64,000 bases of DNA, taken from contig OZ240241.1 in the NCBI GenBank assembly GCA_965198115.1, positions 3,008,001-3,072,000 of the forward strand, read 5' to 3'. How positions within the stretch are numbered: the first letter of the stretch is position 1; each line of letters begins with the position of its first letter. Position numbers and translations under genes: made by a program. The notes beneath the pieces are model-generated. The model had not been told where the DNA came from. It saw only the letters and a program-made list of their open reading frames with translations, and made no database searches. Of this stretch, positions 47,778 to 58,860 are shown one piece after another. This DNA is from Candidatus Latescibacterota bacterium (GTDB taxonomy: Bacteria; Latescibacterota; UBA2968).

Positions 47778-49259
47778 TCACACCGGCAGCCCAATCTCGT
47801 CCCCTACTTCCTTCTGCCAGGTTCGTAGGCGGGCTTTCAGATCCTTCACTCTCCCGCTTTCTTCCGGATCGTCATAGCGGTTGACCATCTCGACCGGGTC
47901 ATCGTTCAGGTCGTAGAGCTCGCACCTGTCGTGATTGCTCAGATTCAGCTTCCACCGATCGGCTGACACGATCGTCCGCCACGGCGTCGACATAGCAGGA
48001 TTGACGTTCGCCTCCCCCGGAATCGGATGCCCGTTGTTGCCGTTCCACTCGACGAACACATCGTTGTCATCGAGTGTCGCTTCGCCCGTCATCACAGGAA
48101 GGCGACTTCGGCCCTGCAAGTGGTCGGGTAACGGTTGGTCGAGCAAGTCCAAACTCGTTGGAAGCAGATCGATGTGACTGAAGTTTCCGGGGATGTTGGC
48201 TTGCTCCCGCTCCTTTCCAGGCATCCGTATCATCAACGGTACCCGGATCGATTCCTCATACATCACGCACTTTCCGAGGATGCCGTGGTCACCGACCATC
48301 TCGCCGTGGTCACTCGTGAAAACCACGATCGTGTCATCCGCTCGCCCGCTCTCATCCAGCGCCTTCAGGATCTTGCCCACGGAGCGATCCACGAGTGAGA
48401 CGTTCCCCCAATACCGTGCGCGAACGGCGCGCCAGCCCTCCTCCGTCCTCAGGTCGAACCCATACTCATCCGACTCCATGTAATACGAGGCCATCACGCG
48501 ATTGAGCAATGACGCGTTCGGCTCGGGCTTCTGACGGAATGACGGGCCGACGGGCAGCCCCGCCGGATCGTATAAATCGTTCAGCGGCCCGGTATGTGGA
48601 GGGTGGGGCTCGAGATAGCTGACGAACGCGACAAAGGGATCGTCTCCTGCGCTGCGAATGAAATCAGCCGTCTGGTCACCGAGAAACGACGCCTTGGTCA
48701 GGTCTTCCTCGAGACTCGCTTCAAAATGTCTCGAGAAGATCCGTTGCCCGAGCATCTCCCGATCGGGTTCGAGCCCACGATCGATCAGAAAATGATGATA
48801 ATCGCTCAGCTGGCCGAGACGATCGTCGCTCGAATAGAATCGACGATAGGAATCTTCCGTACCGACCCACTGGCCAAAGCCGCGCTGGGCGAAGATTTCG
48901 TCGCCGAGGTGCCACTTGCCCAGCCACGCGCACGTGTACTCGTCATCCACGAGTTCAGCGATCGTGGGGACATCGGAAGGAAGCGGGATATTGCAGGAGG
49001 GCACGCGAGCGCGGTGGGGATAGGTACCGGTGAGCAGGGTCGCTCGCGATGGACTACAAACCGGCTGTGAAACATAGGCGTTGTCGAACACGAAACTCTC
49101 TTCCGCCAGCCGATTCAGGTGCGGTACTTCGACGTAGTCATTTCCGTAGCACGCCATCGAATCGGCACGCTGCTGATCGGTCAGGATGAAGAGAAGATTA
49201 GGGCGGGACAAGGAAGAATCCAGGAAGGCGTGTGATCTTAAGGAGCTCCGATTGATCAC
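47778..49259 (-). CDS. Formylglycine-dependent sulfatase
   Basis: PNLLFILTDQQR, CSPSR (CxPxR), GKWHLG, TSDHG, ELYDL. True start probably ~49211. Confidence 0.92.
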   Translation of the reverse strand: MINRSSLRSHAFLDSSLSRPNLLFILTDQQRADSMACYGNDYVEVPHLNRLAEESFVFDNAYVSQPVCSPSRATLLTGTYPHRARVPSCNIPLPSDVPTIAELVDDEYTCAWLGKWHLGDEIFAQRGFGQWVGTEDSYRRFYSSDDRLGQLSDYHHFLIDRGLEPDREMLGQRIFSRHFEASLEEDLTKASFLGDQTADFIRSAGDDPFVAFVSYLEPHPPHTGPLNDLYDPAGLPVGPSFRQKPEPNASLLNRVMASYYMESDEYGFDLRTEEGWRAVRARYWGNVSLVDRSVGKILKALDESGRADDTIVVFTSDHGEMVGDHGILGKCVMYEESIRVPLMIRMPGKEREQANIPGNFSHIDLLPTSLDLLDQPLPDHLQGRSRLPVMTGEATLDDNDVFVEWNGNNGHPIPGEANVNPAMSTPWRTIVSADRWKLNLSNHDRCELYDLNDDPVEMVNRYDDPEESGRVKDLKARLRTWQKEVGDEIGLPV

Positions 49260-49500
49260 CGTTCATCCTGAGTGACCTCAGCGCAAAACCAGTTGCTGCA
49301 GAGCCTAGGGGACATTTGAGGCAGGTCGTATCGTAGGACGAACGGTGGCAATGACAGTATTACGTGACCGATCGCCCCTTCGACTCCGCTCAGGGCTGGC
49401 TCTTCGATATGGCGCACACACTTGCCTCACAGTCTTAGCAGCGTTGCGTCGCGAGTCGCCTACCCTTCGACGAGCTCAGGACAGGCTCAGGATGATCGGT
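49259..49500. repeat. Composite REP/REPIN-like palindromic element (family B)
   Basis: TCATCCTGAG ... CTCAGGATGA arms with internal CCCTTCGACTCCGCTCAGGGC (49376) and CCCTTCGACGAGCTCAGGACAGGC (49463). Homologous to 58585-58806. Confidence 0.7.
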
Positions 49501-49542
49501 CTGCTCATTGATTCCAACATCGGCGCGTAGCTGCGATTGACG

Positions 49543-50466
49543 TCAGTCGAGATATCTGCGAGGAAATTTCGCCACCATCGTGAATTTGGGGTCGACCATG
49601 TTGCCGAGCCGCATCTGACCGACCTGGCCGAGCAGGTGATAGGCTCGCAGACGATCGAACCCGTAATCGGCAGCCAGCCATTCGATCAGTTCCACCCACG
49701 CGATGCGTGCAGCCGCATCCAGCGGACGTCCACTGCCCGCCACCATCAGAAAGTCGTCACTCAAGATGCGCGGCCACTGAATCTCGTATCCCTTCTTCAG
49801 TCCAAACGTGACCGTAACCTTCGCTGGAATCTCGAGCGCGACGCCCGTCAGTTCGCCATCACCCTGACTCGCGTGGGCATCTCCCGTGAAAAAGTGTGCA
49901 CCCTCCACGAACACGGGAAACCAGACCTCGTTCCCGGGGCGAGTTTCGACGCAGTCCATGTTGCCGCCGTAGTAATCGGGCGTCAGGGCATTCACCGCCT
50001 CGATCTTCGGCGCGACGCCCATCGTACCCATGAACGGCTCGTAAGGAATTGTGCGCTTCTCATCGAACCGAATGCCACTCTCGTCGATCGGAAGAAACAG
50101 CCATTGCTCTTCCAGCGCTTCCTGCAGCATCGGGTCGGGCTTCGTCGACGTGAGACCGCCGAAGTAAGGTATCAGCCCCGTCACGGCGTGATCACGCGTC
50201 GGCTCGATCGAATCGATTCTGACGACCAGCGTGTCACCCGGCTCGGCCCCTTCCACATAGATCGGACCTGTCTGGGGATTCAGAAATGGGTAGGTGCAAA
50301 CGTCCGCGAAACGTTCCACCTCGGGCGTCATCTTGTTCTCAAACGCGTCTACCGTGTGGATGCAGACCGTCTCACCAACGTCGACCCTCGTGATCGGAGG
50401 ATGAAAGGGTGAGTAGGTGTAGCAGTAAGGGCCGTCCTGATGAATTTGTCGAATGTCCGATCCCAA
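49543..50466 (-). CDS. Acetamidase/formamidase family protein
   Basis: NPQTGPIYVEGAEPGD, GGNMD, GDAHASQGDGE. Confidence 0.9.
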   Translation of the reverse strand: MGSDIRQIHQDGPYCYTYSPFHPPITRVDVGETVCIHTVDAFENKMTPEVERFADVCTYPFLNPQTGPIYVEGAEPGDTLVVRIDSIEPTRDHAVTGLIPYFGGLTSTKPDPMLQEALEEQWLFLPIDESGIRFDEKRTIPYEPFMGTMGVAPKIEAVNALTPDYYGGNMDCVETRPGNEVWFPVFVEGAHFFTGDAHASQGDGELTGVALEIPAKVTVTFGLKKGYEIQWPRILSDDFLMVAGSGRPLDAAARIAWVELIEWLAADYGFDRLRAYHLLGQVGQMRLGNMVDPKFTMVAKFPRRYLD

Positions 50467-50479
50467 GACGATCCTCCGT

Positions 50480-51248
50480 CTAGTCTCTCACCTGACCGCA
50501 CGCACTGACAAGTTCAGCGGAAGAGACCGTGTAGCCGATGTTGAGTTCTGTATCGCGAACGGCATTCCTCGTGATGTCCATCGTACCCAGAGTATCTTCT
50601 GTTTCGATGGCGGTCGTACAGTCCCTCACCAGGATGATTTCATAGCCCCGGTCCTTCATCGCCCGCATCCCATAGCTCTTGAAGGGCACGCAGATGTTGG
50701 CCGCAAAACCGACGTAGAACAGGTAGAGGATACCTCTTTGATGAAGCAAGTCGTGAAGGTCGTCTCCCGTTTCCACGACCACGTCGTCACCTTCTGGCTC
50801 CACTTCCGGGATGATGCACCGATCCTTCGAGATCTGGGCGACGGCCTCACGCCCGGACTCGACCGATGGGGCGAGACCCTCGTAAACGCCTCTCTTTTCT
50901 CAAATCTGCAGGCGGCCAATCCACTCTCGGTTCTTCAGCGACCTCTCCACACCCAACGGTATGCAGCCGATCTGGATACTTGGGTGCTGCATCCGATCCA
51001 GGTGCGTGGATCACTGAGGCTCCGACACTCCGAAAGACCTCCATCAATGGTCGGATGTTTCCGAGTGTGATCTCGCGCCCACGATCAAGGTGCGTAGCGA
51101 TGTGGTGGTCGCTCCAGACATCGACCAGCACCAATGCCATCTCCTCACGCCGTAGACGCCGCGGCAATGTCCGATGGCAGATGGCAGATGTCCGCTTCAC
51201 TGATGCCCACGACACGCGGCCTGTGGTAGTACCGAATCCGAAGATCAA
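50480..51248 (-). pseudogene. Isochorismatase-family cysteine hydrolase, frameshifted
   Basis: LVLVDVW...VIHAP in one frame and VGFAANICV...LVRDCT in another; break near 50850-50900. Confidence 0.7.
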
Positions 51249-51295
51249 TCAATTTCTAAATTTCCTATTTCCCTAATTTCCTAATGGCTTGCCGT

Positions 51296-52417
51296 TCACC
51301 CGCTCAAGACCTGACGCATCCGCTCCGCGACTTCGTGCTGCTCACCAGCCCGCATGTTGTGCGCGTTGATAACAATCGTGTCGTCGCCGTTCGTACTCAA
51401 GTGAATGCGGGGCGTTCCGCTGTCCAACTCCTCGGCCACTTTTGCGGCGTCCTTCCCGAGCACGTCTTTGTCTATCACGAAGTGACACCCCAACGCGACG
51501 AAACTGTTATTCCGAACGGACTTCATCTCCTTAACCGTCGGGATGCCCTCCAGTCGCCGCATGATGTCGTCGTACATCTCCTGCATATCTGCGATTCGTT
51601 TGTCGTGGTCCATCCCGAGCCAGTTGTCGAACGCCGCGACGAACCCCAGAACCTCCTGCCGATCCACCTTCATCCCCCGACCGAACGGGCGCGGACCGAT
51701 GAACCCGTGATCGACGGCGGCTTCGACCAACTCCCGCTTTCCGCACAAAAAGCCCGTCGAGTGAGGCGCCTGGAAGTACTTACCGCCGAAGCAGACCAGA
51801 TCGGCGGAGCGTGCGTTCTCGATGAACTCGTCAAGCGGATAGATCTGGGCGGCCGCGTCGGCGATCACCGGAACCCCGTGGCTGTGCGAGATCTCGATCA
51901 CTTCATCCAGCGACGGACATTCCGGATTCGGATCCGATTTGATGAGGAAAGCGCAGGCGGCGGTATTGGGGCCGAAAGCCGTGTTCAGCTCTTCCGTCGT
52001 CGTGCCCGAGTCATCTCCCACCAGGACCATCTTCGCCCCGGCGATCGTGTAGGCGCGGTCGTAACCGTAGCGATGCTTCTGCATCAGCAAAACTTCGTTC
52101 TTCATTCCGGTCGTATCGGGCAACTGATCGGCCAACTCGCGATCCTTGCCGGTCATGCACGCGGCCACGCTCAAGACGAGTGCCCCGTAGCAGCCCGAGG
52201 TGATGTAGGCCGCCTCCACGCCCAACTGCTTGGCAAGATGTTCCCCAGTCACTTCTAGCAGTTCACGCATTTCAACGAATCCTACGTTGCCGTCTTCCAA
52301 GGCTTGAAGCACCTCGGGATAGGGCTTCGACCCGCCCCACGCCGTTACGCTGCCGCTCGCGTTCACGACGCGACGCGCACCGAACTGCTCATAAATCTGA
52401 CTCTTAGCTTCGGCCAT
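51296..52417 (-). CDS. SelA-like PLP-dependent enzyme (DgaE/SelA-like family)
   Basis: RBS AAGGAG; VVNASGSVT..GGS, IADAAA, FGGKY (PLP Lys), GRGMKVDRQE. Confidence 0.8.
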   Translation of the reverse strand: MAEAKSQIYEQFGARRVVNASGSVTAWGGSKPYPEVLQALEDGNVGFVEMRELLEVTGEHLAKQLGVEAAYITSGCYGALVLSVAACMTGKDRELADQLPDTTGMKNEVLLMQKHRYGYDRAYTIAGAKMVLVGDDSGTTTEELNTAFGPNTAACAFLIKSDPNPECPSLDEVIEISHSHGVPVIADAAAQIYPLDEFIENARSADLVCFGGKYFQAPHSTGFLCGKRELVEAAVDHGFIGPRPFGRGMKVDRQEVLGFVAAFDNWLGMDHDKRIADMQEMYDDIMRRLEGIPTVKEMKSVRNNSFVALGCHFVIDKDVLGKDAAKVAEELDSGTPRIHLSTNGDDTIVINAHNMRAGEQHEVAERMRQVLSG

Positions 52418-53419
52418 TGCTTTCTCCTTTTGGCACGTGTAACTGGCCTCGAAACAACGAGCTATTTCGATGACCGACACTTCGACTCACGCTCAGTGTG
52501 ACGCTATTTCTAGATGAGGGAACACTGAACACTGACAACTGGGTGCGGCAAGCGACCCAGGCTGTGGACTCAGGCTGACAGAAAAGCGGTCAGCGTCCAG
52601 CAGATGGCTGCACAACCGGCTGCGAAACTCGCCTGTGGAATCCGTGTCTTCACGTGGTCCATCAGATCGCAACCGGTCGATATGGAACTAAGTACCGTTG
52701 TATCCGAGATGGGCGAACATTGGTCGCCGAATACGCTGCCGTCCATCACCGCGGCGAAGCAGATCGTCATGTAAAATTCGGGATGGGCGAAACCATTCGC
52801 GCCTGCCACCGCCCACGCCAGCGGGAAGGCTACGGCATACGTCCCCCAGCTGGTGCCGGTCGAGAACGCGATGATGATCGTCAGCACCTGCAGTATCACC
52901 GGCAGCAGCCAGAATGGGACGGAATCGCTGAGCAGGTGTACGAGGTAGGCGCCGCCACCGGCCTCCTTGCTCACGCCGCCGATCGTGATGGCGAGCAACA
53001 GGATCACCGAGCCGCCAACCACACCCTTCATGCCATCGGTGATGCCGTTCATCAAGTCCTTAAGCGCCATGCCCTTTCCGAGAGCGAGCAAGGCCGCAAC
53101 CAGAAGAGCAATCCCGAACGCCCACAGCACGTTCGGTGAACCGAAGGCGACGAACGTCCCGATCGCGATTCCGATCAGCAGAACGAGCGGAAGCACGAAA
53201 TCGATCAGGTGTGGCTTGTAGCCCTCTGGGACGTGCGCGGACTGCAACTCGGCCGCGGACAGCGGATTCGAACCGGGATCATCCAGCTGACCGGTCGACC
53301 GGGAGCGCTCAATGGCTGCCACCATCCGCTTCCCCAGGAACAGGGGTTTCTCGATGCTCAGGAGAAACGTACCGAGCACGGCAAAAATCGCATAGAAACA
53401 GAACGGCACACTTTTAAAT

Positions 53420-54840
53420 GGCTCTATCCGGGTTTCTCAACGGTGAAACTATAGAATGACAAGGTCATAGATCGTTCCCTACGCTTGGTTGTGTGTGTAG
53501 GACAATCAAAGCGAAGGGGGTGCGACCTATGACCGGGAGCAGATTACTATCGAAACTGCTGAGATTCAAGGGGTTCCGTGTTGTCAGCTGGTGGTTTGAG
53601 GGGAGAAGCTGCTTCGTCATCGCCGTAAAGCCACATAAGAATGGTTGTTGTTGTCCGGAGTGCGGCCGTCGAGGTAAAATCGTCCGCACAATGCCCCATC
53701 CGCGTCGGTGGCGTGACATTCCGGTGTGCGGGTGGAGGGTCTGGCTTCTCTACCATCCTCGGGAGATTCGGTGTCCTACCCACGGTCGTGTGGTCGAGGA
53801 GATTCCGTGGGCGGAGCGGTTCTCTCGGGTGACGTATCGCTTCGAGTATGCCATGCTGCGCTACTGCCAGACCATGACGCAGAAGGCGGCGTCCGAGTTG
53901 CTGCGCATCTCTGCCTCGACGCTGTCGGATCTCCTTCACCGATCCATCACGCGGCTTCGTGAAGGTCATCGTATCCGAGGGCTCAAAACCATCGGGATCG
54001 ACGAGATCTCCTACGCCAAGCGTCACAGGTACGCCACGCTCGTTTACGATCTGGACCGCTCCTGCGTGGGTGTGGGTTGGCCGCGGCAGGGCGCGTAAAA
54101 CGATCGATCGGTTCTTCACAGAGGCTCTCAGTCCCTACCAGAGATCCAAGATCGAGTGGGCCTGCTGCGACATGAGCGAAGCTTACATCGGAGCCATCCA
54201 GGAATATTGTCCGAATGCCAAGCTGGTCCTCGATCGCTTTCACATCGTCAAGGCTCTCAATGCCGCCGTTGACGAGGTCCGTAAGGACCAGTGGCGTAAA
54301 GCTGCCCCGGATGAGCGCAAAGCCATGAAGGGCCTCCGATGGCTCCTCTACCGGCACTCAGCGACACGCTCCAGAGGGGATACTCGGACACTCAAAGCAC
54401 TGGAGAAGGCGAACTACCGAATCTATAGAGCCTGGAGACTCAAGGACGAGTTCGAGCAGTTCTGGGAATACAAAGCGCCCTGGGCTGCCGAACGCTTCCT
54501 GAAATGCTGGACGACGTCCGCACTCAGAAGTCGACTTGAACCCCTGCGAAAGTTCGTCAGGACCCTGCGACAGCACTTCTTCGGCGTCCTCGCATTCGTG
54601 AACACGCGTCTTACCAACGCCATCGCCGAAGGCCTCAACCGAATCGTCCAAATCGTCAAGAACCGAGCCAGCGGATTCCGCACACTCGACGCATTCAACG
54701 ATATGATCTTCCTTACCGTCGGAGACATAAACATCCCTGAGCAGATTCCGAAGAGGTTCCGCACACGCTAACCGCGCCCCCATGCCAGGAACCACGGCAC
54801 CTTCACCCACTTCATCTCGTTGAGAGATCCGGATATAGCC
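53420..54840 (+). mobile_element. ISL3-family insertion sequence, copy 2
   Basis: Near-identical to 36055-37474 with the same IRs. Flanks are TTTTAAAT / GTTTAAAG. Confidence 0.95.
53529..54771 (+). pseudogene. ISL3 transposase with +1 frameshift
   Basis: GTGGGTGTGGG at ~54066-54076 versus GTGGTGTGGG in copy 1. Confidence 0.88.
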
Positions 54841-55825
54841 GTTTAAAGAAGAAAACAATCCTATCAGCCTCCGTCGCAAGAAAGCTGACACCCGCTACGT
54901 AAATGAAGGCCTGGATGTAGCTAGGCCACGCGTTGAACGCGAGCTGAGACGCGATCGGAGATGCCGTCGAATCGACAATGTAGGATAGCTCTTCGTGGCT
55001 GACGTTTTGATCGTCCGCGAGCGGTTTGACCGTCGTCCCGACCAGTACAGTACTCACGGTCCCACCCTGGAAGAAAACGATCCCCAGACACCAGGCCACC
55101 AGCTTCGCGGATTTCGGGCCCCGCACGAACCGGCGCGCCATGAACTCGGCGAAAGCCTGGGCGCCACCGGACCTGGACCACACGCCGAGGAGACCGCCCA
55201 GCAGCCACAGATACAACACCAGCACGCTCGCCGCAGCCGTGGTCGAAAGAGACGCCACTAACACGTCACCCGTCAGGTCGTATCGTCCAAGGACGAGGGC
55301 CCCAGAGACCACGCCACCGAGCAGCGATGTGATCGGCTCCTTCGTGATCCAGCACAGAACGATCGCCACGAGGGCCGGCAAGAGTGACCAATGCGCAAAG
55401 TGTGAACGCAGGTCGAGCCGGTAATACGATCGCCCGTTGTCCCCATCGCGCCACACGAACTCGTGCGAAATGTCGGGAGTCGTTTCCAGCCGCGCAGGAT
55501 GAAGCATCGCCTCGCCGAACGCGACCACGTCGCTTAGATTCCTCGGTTTCCCGCGCTCGATAAAATAGAGTCCCCCCGCATCGTCCTCGTGCACGTCCAA
55601 TCGTGTTTCGTCGACCGACAGGGTCGGCTGAACGCTCGTGCCGACCCAGAAGGACGTGGCCAGACCGACCAAGAGGATCCAGACCACTTTCTTGTCGATC
55701 AGGAACTGCTTCAGCGATGTGCTCATTCAATCCCTTTCGTGGCAGGCGAGTAACCGAACGTTGTGCGCCGCACCAATCAGGGCAGACAACCGGGATCAGG
55801 CAAGGACCTAATTCGCACAGGTCAT

Positions 55826-57190
55826 CTACCGCATCGCCTCGATCCGACGACGGTACTCATCCGGATCACCGGGCCATTCGACGATCTCTGCGTTCTGCGC
55901 GTTCGACGTGGGCAACCATTCGGCGTGCGTGTCCTTCACGGTCTGCAATGACGGATCCCCGGCCAGGTTGGTCCACTCGAACTCATCCGCATGGTGGTCG
56001 TAGAGCTCCTCGGACCCGTCCGCATACCGGATATAGCGCCAGCGCTCCGAACGCACCGCGTGATTGCCTCGACCGTACGTCGTGACCGAAGGGCATTCCC
56101 AGTCTCGTTCCGGATTCTCCAAAAGTGGCCGGATGCTTTGACCCTCGAGTTCGGCCCTCTCGGGAAGACCACATAGGTCCGACAACGTCGGGTAGACATC
56201 GATCAGGCCGACGGGTTTGCTGCATCGACCACGTGCGAAGCCGGGTGCCGAAATGAGCAGTGGTACCCGTGTCGCTTCCTCCCACAGGGTACTCTTCTTC
56301 CAGTGCTGTTTTTCACCCAGGTGCCATCCGTGATCGGCCCATAGAACAACGACGGTGTTGTCCGCGTGAGCACTCGCCTCGAGGCCCGCCATCAACCGGC
56401 CGATTTGCGCATCGGCAAAGTGGATGCAGGCCAGGTAGGCGGCCACCGCATCCGCCCACCTACCTTCGTCCCGAAGTCGTGCGTGAACGTTCGCATTCAC
56501 CCAACGTCGTGCAACGTCTGCCACATCGTCCAGATCATCCTCACGCACGTCCGGAAGCCGCGTTGAGGATGGATCGAAGCGCTCGCAATAGCTCCTTGGC
56601 GTAACCCACGTCAGATGCGTCACCGTCTGACCGCACGTCAGAAAGAAAGGTCGATCGTGGTCTTGCCCGAGTTGATCCAGGCAATAGTCCACGGCCTGGT
56701 AGTCGGTCATCTCCTTCTCGTCGACGTCAAGGGCCCCCCAGTCTACGTTGCCCATGTCGACCATTCTGTTCAGTGGGCCTTCGTAAAACGGAGCCGGCGG
56801 TGTTTGATTGTATAGACCAGGCGAGTAGCTGTCCCACGACGCCGGATCTGGGAACTTGCCGTGATAGACCTTCCCACAGCCCGTGGCCACATACCCGTTC
56901 GCCCGAAAATGCTGAGGCAGCGTTACGCACGTTCGCCCGACCTCCGAGAAACGGAACGGTTGTCGATTGTTGTAAACCCCGGTCGTGGATGGACGCAACC
57001 CCGACATCAGACTGGCCCGTGACGGATTGCAGATCGGCGCCTGACAGTAGGCACGCTCGAACACCATACTCCGCTCGGCCAGGCGATTGAGATTGGGCGT
57101 GACCGCGTCGGGATGCCGCCCGAGGAATCCGACATAGTGATTCATGTCGTCGAACGAAATGAACAGCACGTTGTATGCGTCACCGGACAT
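55826..57190 (-). CDS. Sulfatase (iduronate/choline sulfatase-like)
   Basis: NVLFISFDDM, CNPSR, GKVYH, WADHGWHLGEK. Confidence 0.92.
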   Translation of the reverse strand: MSGDAYNVLFISFDDMNHYVGFLGRHPDAVTPNLNRLAERSMVFERAYCQAPICNPSRASLMSGLRPSTTGVYNNRQPFRFSEVGRTCVTLPQHFRANGYVATGCGKVYHGKFPDPASWDSYSPGLYNQTPPAPFYEGPLNRMVDMGNVDWGALDVDEKEMTDYQAVDYCLDQLGQDHDRPFFLTCGQTVTHLTWVTPRSYCERFDPSSTRLPDVREDDLDDVADVARRWVNANVHARLRDEGRWADAVAAYLACIHFADAQIGRLMAGLEASAHADNTVVVLWADHGWHLGEKQHWKKSTLWEEATRVPLLISAPGFARGRCSKPVGLIDVYPTLSDLCGLPERAELEGQSIRPLLENPERDWECPSVTTYGRGNHAVRSERWRYIRYADGSEELYDHHADEFEWTNLAGDPSLQTVKDTHAEWLPTSNAQNAEIVEWPGDPDEYRRRIEAMR

Positions 57191-57321
57191 GGGACCTACT
57201 TGACAATCGATCCACGTGCACTCTCGCTTCACACCACCATTGCGTTCTGCTTGCTTCCGGTCAATCTACACGTATCACAAGACCACCGCAACTTATGGGA
57301 CCAACGCTTTTCGGAGACGAC

Positions 57322-58526
57322 ATGACCGAATCCGATCGTAAAAACATTCTCGAGGCACATCGCCCCGACCGACTCTTTCCGGGCGAACCTCAGCTCGGCG
57401 GCTGGTATACAGAGGAAGAGATCGACGCAACCGTCGACGCCATCCGGAGCTCCACGGACTATCGCATCGGATTCGGATTCATCGTCGAAGAGATTACACA
57501 ATTCGAGGAGGCCTTCGCCCGCTATTGTGGAACTGACTTCGCCGTCTCCGTCAGCACGGCGAGTGTCGGTCTCGACATGGCGGTGCGCGCCCTCGACCTC
57601 CAACCCGGAGACGAAGTGATCGTCCCGGCCATCAACTTCAAAGCGTCCGCACTGGCCATCCTCGGCGCGGGCGGCACGCCCATCTTCTGCGAGATCGACC
57701 CCAGAACCTTTTGCGCGGACCCCGCAGACGTGGCCAGACGCATCACCCCACGAACGCGGGCGATTCTGCCCGTCCACATGAACGGTCTTTCGGCAGCCAC
57801 GGACGAGCTCGTCGAAGTCGCTGATTCACACGGCTCGCCAGAGGCCCCGATTCGCGTCATCGGTGATGCTGCGCGGGCGTGTGGTGGAGGTACAAGGGAG
57901 GAAAGATCGGTAAGGCAGGCTGGGCGACCGTTTTCAGTTTCCACACGATGAAACTCATGTCGACCCTCGGCGAGGGCGGCATGATCACGACGGATGACCC
58001 AGAGTTCGCTCGTCAACTCCGTGGGATGCGTCAGTGGGGTGGTGAATCAGAGGGATGGGGCTCGAGCTACAAACTGACGAAGGTGCAGGCCGCCGTCGGG
58101 AGCGTTCGGCTCAGGCGGCTCGACGAGATGCTGGCGCTGCGAGGGAAACGGGCAAAGGAGCGGATCGCCCTCCTCGAAGGCCTGCCGTATCACACCATGC
58201 CCTACGAACCGCCGGATTGTACCCACACCTACTACCTCTTCACGCTGCTCGCGCCTCCTGAGTGGGCAGGTCCCAGGCGAGATCGAATGATCGAAATCCT
58301 TCGCGACGATTACCTTGTGGGCTGCATGGTCGGGAACCCACCCGTCTGGGAAGGGCATCCCCTTCTACGACAGGTGGCGCAGGGTCAGATCGAACACTTG
58401 CCCGTTACAGAGGACATCGGCCGGCGGCTCTTCTGCGTCGGTCTGCATCCCCAGATGACCGAGGAGGATAATGCCTACATCGCGGCGGCCATCTGGGAGA
58501 CAACTGCACGGGTGGAACGAGAGTAA
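57322..58526 (+). pseudogene. DegT/DnrJ/EryC1/StrS-family PLP aminotransferase, frameshifted
   Basis: PGDEVIVPA, ILPVHMNG, DAARACG, then a frame change at ~57890 to FSFHTMKLMSTLGEGG. Confidence 0.85.
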
Positions 58527-58584
58527 CGGGGACTTCAACGCAGGGGACGGAGAGAGAAGCCTAGTATGGTGGTAACGGCATCAC

Positions 58585-58806
58585 CGACCGATCATCCTGA
58601 GTTGGTGGCTCGCCGACGGCCATTCCGGTGCTGTGGCGAGTTTGGATGATCACCATATCGAAGGACGATCGGTCGTCCTTCGATATGGCCACCGGCCGTC
58701 CCTTCGACTCCGCTCAGGGCAAGCTCTTCGATACGACCTGTCAACGGTTGTCCTAAATGGCCTTCGCAGACTGCCTTTCGTGGCAAGGTCACTCAGGATG
58801 ACCGGT
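58585..58806. repeat. Composite REP/REPIN-like palindromic element (family B)
   Basis: TCATCCTGAGT ... ACTCAGGATGA arms. The 21-mer CCCTTCGACTCCGCTCAGGGC at 58700-58720 is identical to 49376-49396. Confidence 0.7.
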
Positions 58807-58860
58807 GGTTAGCGATGGTCCGGCTTCTAATTTCTCGTGTGCATTCAAAAGCAAGATGAC

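Larger units (their letters stand above)
52570..55726 (-). pseudogene. Na+/H+ antiporter NhaC-family transporter interrupted by ISL3 copy 2
   Basis: N-part 54841-55726 (SHEELSYIVDSTASP) and C-part 52570-53419 ([25 protein letters not shown]) rejoin as ...FFFK|SVPFCFY. Confidence 0.88.

Noticed and set aside
51296-52417. True selenocysteine synthase SelA
   Set aside because: It is shorter, lacks the SelA N-terminal domain, and has no selB/selC/selD nearby. It fits the SelA-like/DgaE group.
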